Made by a program: the position numbers and the translations under genes
Assembly: GCA_045537795.1 (NCBI GenBank)
Contig: JAZSQE010000053.1
Coordinates: forward strand, 11,805 to 75,804
Reading direction: 5' to 3'
Origin: Kiritimatiellia bacterium
Lineage (GTDB): Bacteria; Verrucomicrobiota; Kiritimatiellia; RFP12; UBA1067
DNA: 64,000 nt
In this document: positions 17,804 through 26,484 of the stretch, in pieces
How positions within the stretch are numbered: the stretch's first letter is position 1
Layout: every line of letters begins with the position of its first letter
Notes under the pieces: generated by a model
Told to the model about the DNA's origin: nothing
Seen by the model: only the letters and a program-made list of their open reading frames with translations
Databases searched by the model: none

Positions 17804-18799
17804 TCAATCCGTATCAGAATCACTCGCCCTAGAATGATTCATCGTGTGATCCCCACTTCCCGTTCCTTCTTCATGGAATGAGAATAAGATACCAAATTGA
17901 ATCACAACAAACACAAGCCCCAGAACTCCAAAACCTAATTCTGTCGCAAAAGAACGACCCTGAAAGCTCTTCATCCAAGCTAATACAAAACCACATACCA
18001 ATTCCAATAATACGATTAACTCAAGGACATGCTTAATCCTTAATGGCAATGTGGCAAACTTACTTCCATTCGATGCGGATTGCGTAGCTGTGTCGGCAGA
18101 AGAGATGGTATTACCAGTGGTAGATTCGACAAGATGAACAACATTACCTACGGAACTCCTATTTGTGCCAAACGTAGATGTTGCAAGTTTAGCTGTCTTG
18201 AAAGATTCGGGAACTTCAACACACCAACCCTTACACCCCTCTTCCAAGACGTCAAGAACCTCTTGCAGGCTACTTGGCAACAACAGGATATTACCACCAA
18301 CATTCTTCCTTGCCAGTAGCCATGACTGATTAATACTAGTACCATTGCGGGAAATGGCCATGCATAAGAAATTTTGTTTAGCTCTGTTGTCAAGAGCTTT
18401 CCATGCCAGCCCCAATCGTTCGTTCGCCTGTTTATAACTATTATCACCAAAATGGATAAAAACACAAATTGGCGCATCCTTGAATTGTGCTAACTCGTCA
18501 CAAATTTCGATTTTACGTCGCAATGCAAGGTTAAAAGCATGCATCTTAGAGACACGAGATTCAAAATCCTCGTTACCGCAAGTGATGGAATCGATGAATG
18601 GAGAGACATCAACATCATCTGGCGACAAAACAATTGAGGGAATAGGAGACTTACGCACATAGGCAATGAACTTGGGATCTGAGTTCAGCAGATATTTTTT
18701 CGGCTCAGAGCCAAAATCGCTCTCATCATCCGAATTTACTTTCCAGCGCCAATTCTGGATGTCGCCAGGATCAGCAGAATGAACAAATACACTAATCAT
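17804..18799 (-). CDS. Hypothetical protein (331 aa): about 220-aa soluble domain, S/T-rich linker, C-terminal 2-TM anchor
   Basis: 8-bp overlap with the upstream 1613-aa gene; no recognised motifs. Confidence 0.5.
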   Translation of the reverse strand: MISVFVHSADPGDIQNWRWKVNSDDESDFGSEPKKYLLNSDPKFIAYVRKSPIPSIVLSPDDVDVSPFIDSITCGNEDFESRVSKMHAFNLALRRKIEICDELAQFKDAPICVFIHFGDNSYKQANERLGLAWKALDNRAKQNFLCMAISRNGTSINQSWLLARKNVGGNILLLPSSLQEVLDVLEEGCKGWCVEVPESFKTAKLATSTFGTNRSSVGNVVHLVESTTGNTISSADTATQSASNGSKFATLPLRIKHVLELIVLLELVCGFVLAWMKSFQGRSFATELGFGVLGLVFVVIQFGILFSFHEEGTGSGDHTMNHSRASDSDTD

Positions 18800-21700
18800 T
18801 GCTATTATTCCTTTCCGGTGATCCCGGCAGAATGCTCATAAGGGAATTCACCAAGTTCAGTTTTTCTGGATATCGTTTAAAGAGGAATGCCTCTATAGAG
18901 GAAAATGCCAACACCTTCTCGTTGTCCGGAATATTATCAGGACGACCACGACCTGTGGTCACTACGACAAAGCGACCATACCCGTGCCCGTCAGAATGTC
19001 GCAAATGATCAAGGATAACCTTGACATTCTTCTTGCTATGTCCTTTCCACCACTTGTCGATGATGCCCTGATGAATGACCACAAGATCAAAATCGAAATC
19101 TGTTTCATTAGAATGTTCAGATTTGAACAACGTACCATCCACATATTTCAGGCTCTTGAAGTCAAGGGAATCTGCCACGACTTTCGGCTTTTCCTGTGTA
19201 TCAACGACCGCAATGCGCATTGATGCATATGTCTTTTGTATCTCTTCGCCGTGATCGGCAACAAAAGCACGAACACGTTCATCAATAATTACGATTCGCA
19301 GCAAGCCATTTTCAGCCAGTCTCATCGCCCATTGCACGTCCTGACGCGATAAGTTCGCAAGTGCATTCAAATAAGTCTGAGAACCGCTAAGTGGTTCGCT
19401 GTACAGCATGGCACCATCCGTAGCGTGGCGATTATATGAAATAACAGCATCTTTACCATTTCCCCCATAGAAGATTTCCAGACCTAGATTACCAGTAAAG
19501 TCAAGTTTACCGCTCACATCAGATCCTACACCCTTATATTGTCGTGGCAAAGTTACTATACGCTCCTCATACTTTCTTAAGAATACATCACCTGTTGTAC
19601 GAGCGACATCTAAGGCTTCTGCCGCCCGTTTGATAATCAAAGACTCTACGGGTGTAGTGGCCATCGTATCCAATTCCTGCAATAACATAGAGTCCCTACC
19701 GCCTCTATCAATGGAAGATAGTTCATCAAGAAGCGACTTGGCAATAACTGGCGGATATTTCATGGTCTCTGTCGCCCGTTCAAGCCCTGCTTGATATGCA
19801 CAAACAAGCCGTTTCCACTTATCACATTCTTTTTCTTCGTGCACACATGGCAATGACGTCCAAAATAGACTAACTTTTTCGGCAATTCTCCCAAGGATAC
19901 TCTCTATCTTCAGTCGATGATTACCTGTGAACTTTTCTTGCACGGATTCAAACAATTTATCATTTTCATCCAAAGGATAAAGCGACAGAAGGAGGAGTGC
20001 CTTGCGCTGCGTCGGCGTCATTTTCAGACAGTCATCAACTATTGGCTCCAAGACAGAATGCAAACACTCACGAAAGAGCACCTTATAAATATCCCTATCA
20101 CTGACGAGACCTTTTTCGCATCCTTGGGTGTCATAGATATTCAATTTAATCGTCAATTCGCTATCTTCTACCCCTCGGCGACGTTTAAGATATTCCAGCC
20201 ATGCTCTATATACAACTGACACCAACTCATTGTGGTCAATATTTTTCAGCGATGCCCCTGAGATGTAAGGCGCAACCTTGTTTCCTTCACCTGTATAATC
20301 AACAAACAACGTACGGAACGGCAACTTCAACGCCTCGTCTGAAATCATCTTTTTGTCATGGTCAATGACAATAAACTCATAGTCGGACATCAAGCCAACG
20401 TCACCCTTTTTGTCATGAGTCCCGAAGATACGCGCATACGATTCCACTCCAAAACCATTTGTTTCTTTGAACAAATTCCATTTCGAGATGTCATCCGCTA
20501 CAATTAAAATACTTCTAGGGAGTTTAATCCAAAATCGGTATGCTAAACGTAATTCCTTATAATCCAGTTTGCCATTTTGCTCATTTCGTGGAATCCCAAC
20601 AGGGACAATAAGCGGATGTTTGCCCACTTCATCCGCAATTCCTCCTATCACGGATATCTCCGCCCGTCGAAGATATCCAGCAGAAATCTTCATCTCTGAC
20701 AAGCCCCAAGAGGCCTGCCGCAATCGTTTTGTTTCTGAATCAATAAACGGCTTCGCTAATTCAATTTCCTGACGATGATGCAAAGGAAGAGGAAGCCTAT
20801 GACCCAATGGGGCGTCATCACTTGCAACAGACACATCGCCACTCAACAAAGAACGGAAGGTCCCATCTCCTCTCAACGACTCCCAGTTCGCGCTAACATA
20901 ATCATAAAGAACCCTGTAGAACCACGGTAATGAATTTCGCTCGCCTTTTCCTCTTAAGAACTGTTCTATGGCGTATCGCCTGGAAATCTCCGTGCCGGAA
21001 GATTCCTTTGAAGTCTTTGGCAAAACCAATTCCCCATCCAAAGGTGAAGCAAATACAGAAACCAAATCTTCATACTTGTGGTCTTCGGGTAACTTGGCAT
21101 TCGCAAAGAACATTGGCCAGAAGGTTCCTGCAAACAACCTAGACATGTTATCCCCTATCGCAAAACAGACCATCCCTTCTTCCTGGCGTGTATCGAAATC
21201 AACATATATCTCTAAATTGCCCGCTGCTTCCCGTTCACCAGCGCTCTTCCCTGCCCATGAATGCTTCGCTGCATTACGCAAAATATTCTCAATGACATTG
21301 TAAAATGCTTGCTGCCCCAAAATTCCACCGGGGATGGACATGACCTCATCATTCTTCCAAATCACAGACTGCTCTGGGGCATGGAAAAATTCATATGCAT
21401 CAACGCAACGCTTGTTCGGAAGATTCTTTCGCGACCATCCCTCTGGCGGCACGTCGGGAACCTTCTCTCCATCTTTGTACCGCCTAATTCGCCGAACGAC
21501 AATCTTCACACAATTCTCCTGCAAATCACCAGACACCGTTCCTTTCCCTTGGTACTGGTAAGCATGCAACCCATCACTCTCCGCAATATGGTCCAGTAGA
21601 TGCCTCTGAGAATAGAAAGTCTTCATCACACTTCCAACAAAAGGAGTCGGAACAGACCAGTCTGGAGCTCCCATTGTTGCAGAAGCGATGTAGTCCATTC

Positions 21701-23633
21701 GATGCTGGATGTATTGATACAAAATCCGATCGTCAGGCATCGTTCCAACATTGTGCGATAATGCCGACAGTACATGACTACCAATATTGTGGGAACCATT
21801 GCGAGACATAATGGCGCCGATTGCAGACTTACTATTGGCAATTCTTAACGCCTCGCTCTTTCGCCCGTTAAAATATATTGATAGCAATTGCCTTGTCGCA
21901 GTAGAAAGTACCTGTATGATTGGAGAGGAAAGCCGCCTCCCCACAACTACCACCAACATGCCTGTATCATCATCCGCCACATAAGGCACACAATATATGT
22001 AATTATGCTTCTTCGCCACGGCAGCAATGAACGCGGTTCTTAGCCCCTCAAAGTCTTTTTGTCTCCAATCAATGCGAGAAAAGCGATTTTGAAAAATAAC
22101 TTCCCTCGTTTCAGTCACAGAAACCCCAATCGGTGTACATGAGTCCGAGACAAGCCATTCCGGAACTGTTACATGACGATTACGACAATCCAACCACAAC
22201 CTTTTAACCGTATTGTCAGGAAAATCTTCTGACGAAAGATTGATTTGCAATGCTGCGTTTGAGTGCCCGAAGCCTTTTACGAATGACTCCATAAAATCCA
22301 ACAAGCAATTATTTAAATAATTTGCATCATCATTATCATTTTCATCGATTCTATTCAACTTTTTTATAGCGCCATTTTCAAAAGAACAGAACACTGCCGC
22401 AACACTATCTTCCCCCGAATCAGGGCTTACCAACTTTCCGACATGAGAACTCGCATTGTGAAACGTATTTGCAACGTCACTCAGACCATCATCATCATCC
22501 AACTCTTTCACAAAATCAGCTGAAATGCAATTTATATCATGTAGAAACCTTGCAATCTCAGTTAATCCAACGGATTGAGATGTCACGTCAACGATATTTT
22601 GAATCCACTTATCTGCTTTAGAATCATAAGACATTTTCCAAAGAGATAGTGGCATGGCCATGTTCCCACTATCAGCAATATTCAACACTCCAAATGGAGA
22701 TACATAGGTTCTTACCAAATGCCAGTCGAGTTTATTTGCCTTAATGAGATATCCCAAATATCCAAAGATAGTCTTTATAAGATTACGGTAAAATAATGCG
22801 ACATCGGACAATCCTATTCCTGTATAAAATATTGCCTTATCTCTAAACGGGAACTCCTTCAAGCCTTTTAGATGAGGCACCAAGCCTTCAATCCCTTCCC
22901 CAATTGACAACGCTACATTCGTAAATACATACCCATTATAATTATGTTTAGCAAGAAACTCAATAAGAGACTTATGTCCGTGATCCGCATATCCAGAAAT
23001 GAATATGGCGTCTGTATGGAGCAATTGCGCCATATCTTCATCAGTAAGTTTGCCATTAAATTCCCATTTTTTGAACAGAGCAACCTTGTAAAGACCATAT
23101 TGCCTGCAAAGCAGACTCTCAAATATATTGCAATGCTCCAATGGAGCCTTTGCATCTAGCGCCGCCAACCCAACCGTTGGGACATCACCTTTATTGGCAA
23201 TCGTAATTCTCTTTTTAAACAACCAGTTAAACAATATAAACGTCTCATACTCTTGTGTAAACCAGAACTTTAAATGCTTATTTTTTTCACCACGATCAAC
23301 ATCAATACCTGTTATAACGGTGGCTGTGCCGACAATTTCATTTGCTGGAGGGATCTTGAATGCATCAAAAAGTTTAACAGAGGCATCATCTCCAAAAACC
23401 AAAACAAACTTCGCCCCACCACAAACCAACTCATTATATGCAGATAAAACATTATCGTTAGTTATATCTTTAGGAGTTTTCCATTTGTCTGCCTCTTTTG
23501 AAAAAATGGGGACGAGACCACCACCACTCACCTCATTTGCTAAATCATTGATGAAATCAGCAACATTCCCGTTGGCGATTATGATTTCCCTCATATAAGA
23601 TGGCAACAAGAATCCTATCTGCGTTTCTGTCAT
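18792..23633 (-). CDS. Giant (1613 aa) cytoplasmic multidomain protein: LivK-like type I binding fold, HisKA-like H-box, GHKL (histidine-kinase-type) ATPase, receiver-like segments
   Basis: No TM helix. aa 60-240 resemble the LivK fold (SAYNELVCGGAKFVLVFGDDASV...; HTDAIFISGYADHGHKSLIEFLAKHNYNG). aa ~610-625 SHNIGSHVLSAL resembles a HisKA H-box (SHELRTPLTAI). aa ~775-792 FYNVIENILRNAAKHS is a GHKL N-box. aa ~824-834 FAIGDNMSRLF is a G1 box. aa ~1040-1095 SILIVADD...YEFIVIDHD and aa ~1446-1525 RIVIIDE...DLVVIHQGI are receiver-like. Confidence 0.6.
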   Translation of the reverse strand: MTETQIGFLLPSYMREIIIANGNVADFINDLANEVSGGGLVPIFSKEADKWKTPKDITNDNVLSAYNELVCGGAKFVLVFGDDASVKLFDAFKIPPANEIVGTATVITGIDVDRGEKNKHLKFWFTQEYETFILFNWLFKKRITIANKGDVPTVGLAALDAKAPLEHCNIFESLLCRQYGLYKVALFKKWEFNGKLTDEDMAQLLHTDAIFISGYADHGHKSLIEFLAKHNYNGYVFTNVALSIGEGIEGLVPHLKGLKEFPFRDKAIFYTGIGLSDVALFYRNLIKTIFGYLGYLIKANKLDWHLVRTYVSPFGVLNIADSGNMAMPLSLWKMSYDSKADKWIQNIVDVTSQSVGLTEIARFLHDINCISADFVKELDDDDGLSDVANTFHNASSHVGKLVSPDSGEDSVAAVFCSFENGAIKKLNRIDENDNDDANYLNNCLLDFMESFVKGFGHSNAALQINLSSEDFPDNTVKRLWLDCRNRHVTVPEWLVSDSCTPIGVSVTETREVIFQNRFSRIDWRQKDFEGLRTAFIAAVAKKHNYIYCVPYVADDDTGMLVVVVGRRLSSPIIQVLSTATRQLLSIYFNGRKSEALRIANSKSAIGAIMSRNGSHNIGSHVLSALSHNVGTMPDDRILYQYIQHRMDYIASATMGAPDWSVPTPFVGSVMKTFYSQRHLLDHIAESDGLHAYQYQGKGTVSGDLQENCVKIVVRRIRRYKDGEKVPDVPPEGWSRKNLPNKRCVDAYEFFHAPEQSVIWKNDEVMSIPGGILGQQAFYNVIENILRNAAKHSWAGKSAGEREAAGNLEIYVDFDTRQEEGMVCFAIGDNMSRLFAGTFWPMFFANAKLPEDHKYEDLVSVFASPLDGELVLPKTSKESSGTEISRRYAIEQFLRGKGERNSLPWFYRVLYDYVSANWESLRGDGTFRSLLSGDVSVASDDAPLGHRLPLPLHHRQEIELAKPFIDSETKRLRQASWGLSEMKISAGYLRRAEISVIGGIADEVGKHPLIVPVGIPRNEQNGKLDYKELRLAYRFWIKLPRSILIVADDISKWNLFKETNGFGVESYARIFGTHDKKGDVGLMSDYEFIVIDHDKKMISDEALKLPFRTLFVDYTGEGNKVAPYISGASLKNIDHNELVSVVYRAWLEYLKRRRGVEDSELTIKLNIYDTQGCEKGLVSDRDIYKVLFRECLHSVLEPIVDDCLKMTPTQRKALLLLSLYPLDENDKLFESVQEKFTGNHRLKIESILGRIAEKVSLFWTSLPCVHEEKECDKWKRLVCAYQAGLERATETMKYPPVIAKSLLDELSSIDRGGRDSMLLQELDTMATTPVESLIIKRAAEALDVARTTGDVFLRKYEERIVTLPRQYKGVGSDVSGKLDFTGNLGLEIFYGGNGKDAVISYNRHATDGAMLYSEPLSGSQTYLNALANLSRQDVQWAMRLAENGLLRIVIIDERVRAFVADHGEEIQKTYASMRIAVVDTQEKPKVVADSLDFKSLKYVDGTLFKSEHSNETDFDFDLVVIHQGIIDKWWKGHSKKNVKVILDHLRHSDGHGYGRFVVVTTGRGRPDNIPDNEKVLAFSSIEAFLFKRYPEKLNLVNSLMSILPGSPERNNSND

Positions 23634-23705
23634 TTTGTATACTCCACTGTCTTCAATTCATGGTACCATGTTCAGCTGTGCGTATCTGCCTTAGATAGAA
23701 AAAGA

Positions 23706-24815
23706 CTATTTTCTCCGAATATATATCTTTGTAATCAACTCTCCAGATTGGTCAAACTTGGCCCTCCCGATGACACTTGAAACTTCGCCCATAGCTATCA
23801 ATGAATCTTCAATATCGACACCGTCCTTAGCGGACAAATCAATGGCACGGCACAGCACATCAACAGAAAAATACGCAAAAGCAGAATGTGCATTAGGCTG
23901 ACCAGTAAATCTGGTTTCAAATGAACGCACAAATTGCAAATAATATGAGGACTCTTTATCATCTGGGTCAAATGCTGTAGAACAGTAATATACTCCCTTC
24001 GCACCATCAGAAATTTTTTCAGCGTATCCAGGAATTGTCACAACCTCATCAGTTAAAATCGCGCCCGAATACCTTGCTTCCTTAAGTTGATTAAATACCG
24101 TTATATAACCAGGGCCAAATCCAAAAACAAAAACTGAATCTGGATGGGCAGTCAAAATCTTACTAATCTGACCACGCACATCCTGAGCGCCAATTTCAAA
24201 TGTCTCTGATAAAATATCAACACCATTTTTTTGCGCAAATGCACGAACAGTTTTTTCTGCCTCATCGCCAAAGTTGTTATTTATAGCCAAGACAGCAAAC
24301 TTTGACGATCCCAAATCCGAGTGCGCAAATTCGGCCAGTCGCATACAAGAATCTCGAGTCGTAGTCCAAGCACGAAAATAATGAGGCGATAACGATGGTA
24401 TGTTTTCGGCAGCAGCAGAGAGTGCTATTGTCGGACAAGGATGCGCATTAACGGTAGCTGCAAGATTATAGCATTGCACATCACCAAATACGATACATGC
24501 AGTAATATTATCACGAATCAACTTTTGATACGCAGAAATCGTTGCCGCCGACGTCGACTTCCCATCTTCAAACAAGATTTTAATTTTTTTCTGTTCCAAA
24601 GTACGAGTTCTATTAGCTTCGTCTTCTGCTATCTTCATCGCGCACATCATTGGCGCTGCAAGATCTGACGATACTCCTGTCAAAGGGAGAATTGCTCCAA
24701 TTCGAATAACAGTATCATCATTCCCTCGCTGAAAGTTCTTAAATACCCCAATAACTACAATAACCGCAACCACAATTGCACTAATGATTATCAACAACTT
24801 TTTATTCTTCTTCAT
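23706..24815 (-). CDS. Membrane-anchored LivJ/LivK-like (Peripla_BP_6 type I) ligand-binding protein, 369 aa
   Basis: N-terminal TM anchor (LLIIISAIVVAVIVVIGVF). Blocks IRIGAILPLTGVSSDLA, ACIVFGDVQCYN, SKFAVLAINNNFGDEAEKTVRAFAQKNGVDI and PDSVFVFGFGPGYITVFNQLKEA align with LivK. First gene of the island II operon; AT-rich. Confidence 0.7.
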   Translation of the reverse strand: MKKNKKLLIIISAIVVAVIVVIGVFKNFQRGNDDTVIRIGAILPLTGVSSDLAAPMMCAMKIAEDEANRTRTLEQKKIKILFEDGKSTSAATISAYQKLIRDNITACIVFGDVQCYNLAATVNAHPCPTIALSAAAENIPSLSPHYFRAWTTTRDSCMRLAEFAHSDLGSSKFAVLAINNNFGDEAEKTVRAFAQKNGVDILSETFEIGAQDVRGQISKILTAHPDSVFVFGFGPGYITVFNQLKEARYSGAILTDEVVTIPGYAEKISDGAKGVYYCSTAFDPDDKESSYYLQFVRSFETRFTGQPNAHSAFAYFSVDVLCRAIDLSAKDGVDIEDSLIAMGEVSSVIGRAKFDQSGELITKIYIRRK

Positions 24816-24866
24816 TTCTTTATTCCTTTCTTATTCTAAATTACTTCAATCGCCTTTGCCCACTAC

Positions 24867-25103
24867 TTACGGGCTTTGACAAAATCCTGTGAGACCTCCA
24901 TGTCTGCTTTCGCAGTACGAAGCAAACTGGAGCATGCAGTTCGCGTTTCCCAATTGCGCACCACGCATGAAGCACTCGATGGCTTTCTGTACGTCGCCGA
25001 CATTCTCGTTGGCATCGTCAAACAGGTATCGATCGCATACCTTCGGCCCATTCAGCATCTCCATCGGCTTTAGGCGTGAAGTTCTTAACCCAGTTCGTAT
25101 CAC
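24867..25103 (-). pseudogene. Sel1-repeat protein fragment (78 aa ORF)
   Basis: AIECFMRGAQLGNANCMLQFASYCESRHGG is Sel1/TPR-like; it is too short to be a full gene and sits at the island junction. Confidence 0.3.
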
Positions 25104-25588
25104 CCATTAAAGTCCTCCTTGCCCTTGCTTGCGGTGCCGCGCTTGGGCGTAATTTCCGACTCCATGAATGTTTCATCAACCACGACCTCCAACTTATCTA
25201 CCGCTTTCTTGATTTTCGGAATTATATGATGCCCCCAAGGTACTTTCATCAAATCAATCATGCTGTTATCTTCCACAACTTGTGGAAGATAACGGTATAG
25301 TTCGTAAAACCGCAACGCATACCGTATGTTCGATGGCGAAAGTCCAATGGGATTGGGAATGTCAAGGCAAAGGTCGTTGCTGAGATTCTCGAAGAAATGC
25401 GCATTCCGCTGCTTGCCGGGGTACATTGCCGCAATGTCTCGTCCAAGATCCCAATAGAACTCCAGCATTGCAGAGTTGACTGCTACCGCCGCCTTTATCT
25501 GCGTAGCGCGATAGCGAACCTTGAGTTCTGCAATCCACTTGCGGTACTCCTTTGCCGAGGATAAATCTATATTACTGCGCCGTTTCAT
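25100..25588 (-). pseudogene. YhcG/DUF1016 (PDDEXK nuclease family) N-terminal fragment; the C-terminal nuclease domain is missing
   Basis: EYRKWIAELKVRYRATQIKAAVAVNSAMLEFYWDLGRDI and KVPWGHHIIPKIK match the YhcG N-domain (the IPWGHNILLL block). The ORF stops after 162 aa. Confidence 0.5.
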
Positions 25589-25598
25589 ATTGGTAATT

Positions 25599-25748
25599 AT
25601 ACCATTTCCTATTTACGTCCACCATTCTCTCTAAACATTAATAAAAATTCCACAACTTGTGGAAGATTTACCACCCCGATCTGTAGCTGCCTATAATACG
25701 CCTTTAAGTCCCTGATCCAAGCGTGATATGCCAGATCATTTACCTTTA
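25599..25748 (-). CDS. Small ORF (49 aa, MAELKVNDLAYHAWIRDLKAYYRQLQIGVVNLPQVVEFLLMF...) of doubtful reality
   Basis: Shares the LPQVVE-encoding palindrome with the YhcG fragment; it may be a degraded duplicate. Confidence 0.15.
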
Positions 25749-25770
25749 ATTCAGCCATATTGTGTTTTCC

Positions 25771-26484
25771 TCACTCAAAATAATTCTTTGCGAGCCAGTC
25801 GGCGTCAAGGAACTGCCCGGCGTCAGAAGTCTCGGATCTGACCTTGCCCTGCGACAGGAATACGGCACGGTCGATCCAAGCGAGAAGATCGAGACGATGC
25901 TCCACCATCAAAACCGCGCGTTTCGCGTCCTCCTTCGCGAAACAGCGGACGCGCTCAATAATATCCTTTGCCGCCTTGGGTGAAAGCCCCGCCGATGGTT
26001 CGTCGAGAAGATAGAGTTTCTGCGGACGCATGAACACCATCGCGAGAGCAAGCGCCTGGCGTTGTCCGCCGGAGAGCGAACCCGCGCGCTGGCCGAGCTT
26101 CGGCACGAGGAAGTCGAAGAGCACAAGCATCTCTTCACGCGCGGCGGCGTATGCCGTCTTCGTAAGCGACATCCCGGCAAGCTGCAAGTTCTCCTCGACG
26201 GTCTGCCCGGGAAAGATGTTGTCTGTCTGGCGCAGATAGCCAAGCCCAAGGCGCACACGCTCCTCGACTGACTTGCCCGCCAACGTTTCTCCGCCGAACG
26301 CGATATCGCCCGCCGTGAGCGGCAACGCACCAACCGTCGCCTTGAGGAGCGTCGACTTCCCGCAACCGTTGGGCCCGGCGACAAGAACCGACTCCCCTTC
26401 CGCGACAGAGAGACTCACTCCGTTCAACACAGGCCTCTCGCCATATCCGCAGAAGAGATGATCAACAGACAGAATCACACTCAT
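25771..26484 (-). CDS. livF: Branched-chain amino acid ABC transporter ATP-binding protein LivF
   Basis: Walker A GPNGCGKST, LSGGQRQ, Walker B LYLLDEP, H-loop MVEHRL; last gene of the livHMGF order. Confidence 0.85.
   Translation of the reverse strand: MSVILSVDHLFCGYGERPVLNGVSLSVAEGESVLVAGPNGCGKSTLLKATVGALPLTAGDIAFGGETLAGKSVEERVRLGLGYLRQTDNIFPGQTVEENLQLAGMSLTKTAYAAAREEMLVLFDFLVPKLGQRAGSLSGGQRQALALAMVFMRPQKLYLLDEPSAGLSPKAAKDIIERVRCFAKEDAKRAVLMVEHRLDLLAWIDRAVFLSQGKVRSETSDAGQFLDADWLAKNYFE

Noticed and set aside
10823-25600. Tried to match island II to known defense systems (CBASS, Detocs, BREX/DISARM, Septu, Gabija, restriction-modification)
   Set aside because: No cyclase, Hpt, methyltransferase, PglZ, nuclease (PD-(D/E)xK, HNH, TIR with certainty) or SMC/AAA+ signatures were recognised. 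Only the GHKL kinase-like core and LivK-fold domains are clear, so it is reported as an unassigned system and not forced into a family.
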